64,000 nucleotides of DNA, taken from the NCBI GenBank assembly GCA_028712475.1, contig JAQTQB010000004.1, positions 67,368 to 131,367 of the forward strand. The letters run 5' to 3'. Position 1 is the stretch's first letter; each line of letters starts with the position of its first letter. Under the pieces are notes generated by a model. That model did no database searches. It worked only from the letters and a program-made list of their open reading frames with translations, and was not told where the DNA came from. Made by a program: the position numbers and the translations under genes. Of the stretch, positions 63,333 to 64,000 are shown one piece after another. This DNA comes from Verrucomicrobiales bacterium (GTDB lineage: Bacteria; Verrucomicrobiota; Verrucomicrobiia; Limisphaerales; UBA11358).

Positions 63333-64000
63333 ATGAGTCCTCTTTCCAGCGGCCTTACTACCAACGCCCCTGATGTCGAGGCTGACATCGAGCAAAGCCG
63401 GCTGTTCAACGCCGACCTCGCGCCCGTGCCGCAATCGCGGCGCAAGTGGGGCATGTTGAGCTTCGCCGCGCTGTGGATTTCCATGTCCGCGTGCATCCCG
63501 ACCTACATGCTCGCGTCGGGGATCATCGGCGGCGGCATGAACTGGTGGCAGGCCATCCTCACCATTTTTCTCGGCAACCTCATCGTGCTCATCCCGATGA
63601 TCCTCAACGCGCACGCCGGAACGCTTTACGGAATTCCGTTTCCGGTCTATTGCCGCGCATCGTTCGGAACGAAGGGCGCGAATGTGCCGGCCATTCTCCG
63701 CGCGCTCGTTGCGTGCGGCTGGTTCGGCATCCAGACGTGGATTGGCGGCGAGGCGATCTACAAAATCTGCGTGACGATCTTCAACCTGCATCCCGCGCCG
63801 GCGACGAACTGGCTGGGCATCACGGGCGGACAATTCCTCTGCTTTCTGTTTTTCTGGGGCGTCAACATGTGGGTGATTTATCGCGGCATCGAGACGATCC
63901 GCTGGCTGCTGAACATCAAGGCACCGCTGTTGCTCGCGCTCGGATTGCTGCTGCTGTGGTGGGCGTGGCGCGCGGCGGGCGGCTTCGGACCGGTCCTGTC
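63333..64000 (+). CDS. NCS1-family nucleobase/hydantoin:cation symporter (5' part; the gene runs off the window)
   Basis: My translation from ATG 63333: MSPLSSGLTTNAPDVEADIEQSRLFNADLAPVPQSRRKWGMLSFAALWISMSACIPTYMLASGIIGGGMNWWQAILTIFLGNLIVLIPMILNAHAGTLYGIPFPVYCRASFGTKGANVPAILRALVACGWFGIQTWIGG... These are typical NCS1 N-terminal motifs. It is open to the end of the window. Confidence 0.88.
   Translation, partial: MSPLSSGLTTNAPDVEADIEQSRLFNADLAPVPQSRRKWGMLSFAALWISMSACIPTYMLASGIIGGGMNWWQAILTIFLGNLIVLIPMILNAHAGTLYGIPFPVYCRASFGTKGANVPAILRALVACGWFGIQTWIGGEAIYKICVTIFNLHPAPATNWLGITGGQFLCFLFFWGVNMWVIYRGIETIRWLLNIKAPLLLALGLLLLWWAWRAAGGFGPVL

Noticed and set aside
61953-63833. Minus-strand ORFs of 313 and 288 aa
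   Set aside because: They are antisense to the dihydropyrimidinase and NCS1 permease genes.

Overview
This is a 64-kb, visibly GC-rich bacterial chromosomal segment with several AT-richer islands. A prepilin-like DUF1559-type protein and a heavy load of short repeats suggest a Verrucomicrobia/PVC-type genome (inference only). Content in order: (1) IS relics and a LuxR-type two-component pair. (2) A secreted GH-like gene, a pseudopilin-like gene and a small lipoprotein. (3) A graveyard of IS4 and IS1595 relics. (4) A CPA2 antiporter. (5) An unusual acyl-lipid biosynthesis cluster: adenylating enzyme, LPLAT acyltransferase, GT2, NodB deacetylase, methyltransferase, radical SAM, KS, Cys-less KS partner and ACP. 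It is split by about 3.6 kb of inserted DNA carrying a type II R-M pair and gene fragments. (6) sixA-ppk1. (7) An eight-gene same-strand defence operon. A Kiwa-like pair (4-TM protein plus DUF4868-like protein) and DarT-DarG are nested between hsdS and hsdR of a type I R-M system, and a four-helix-bundle gene sits between hsdM and hsdS. (8) OlsB/OlsA-like acyltransferases and a GAF protein. (9) A complete urate-to-ureidoglycolate cluster and an MFS transporter. (10) A Dcm plus GIY-YIG nuclease pair. (11) An Aas-like fusion gene and an adenine deaminase relic. (12) xdhC plus a single-polypeptide xanthine dehydrogenase. (13) Reductive pyrimidine catabolism genes and an NCS1 permease that runs off the window end. 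I saw no rRNA, tRNA or CRISPR array. The most unusual points are the nested defence operon and the repeats: several families of palindromic or MITE-like repeats and 7-nt tandem arrays sit in frame inside conserved genes (hsdR, hsdM, a DNA methyltransferase, xdh, xdhC, aas, a NodB deacetylase). All function calls come from reading motifs in the supplied translations. No database search was run.
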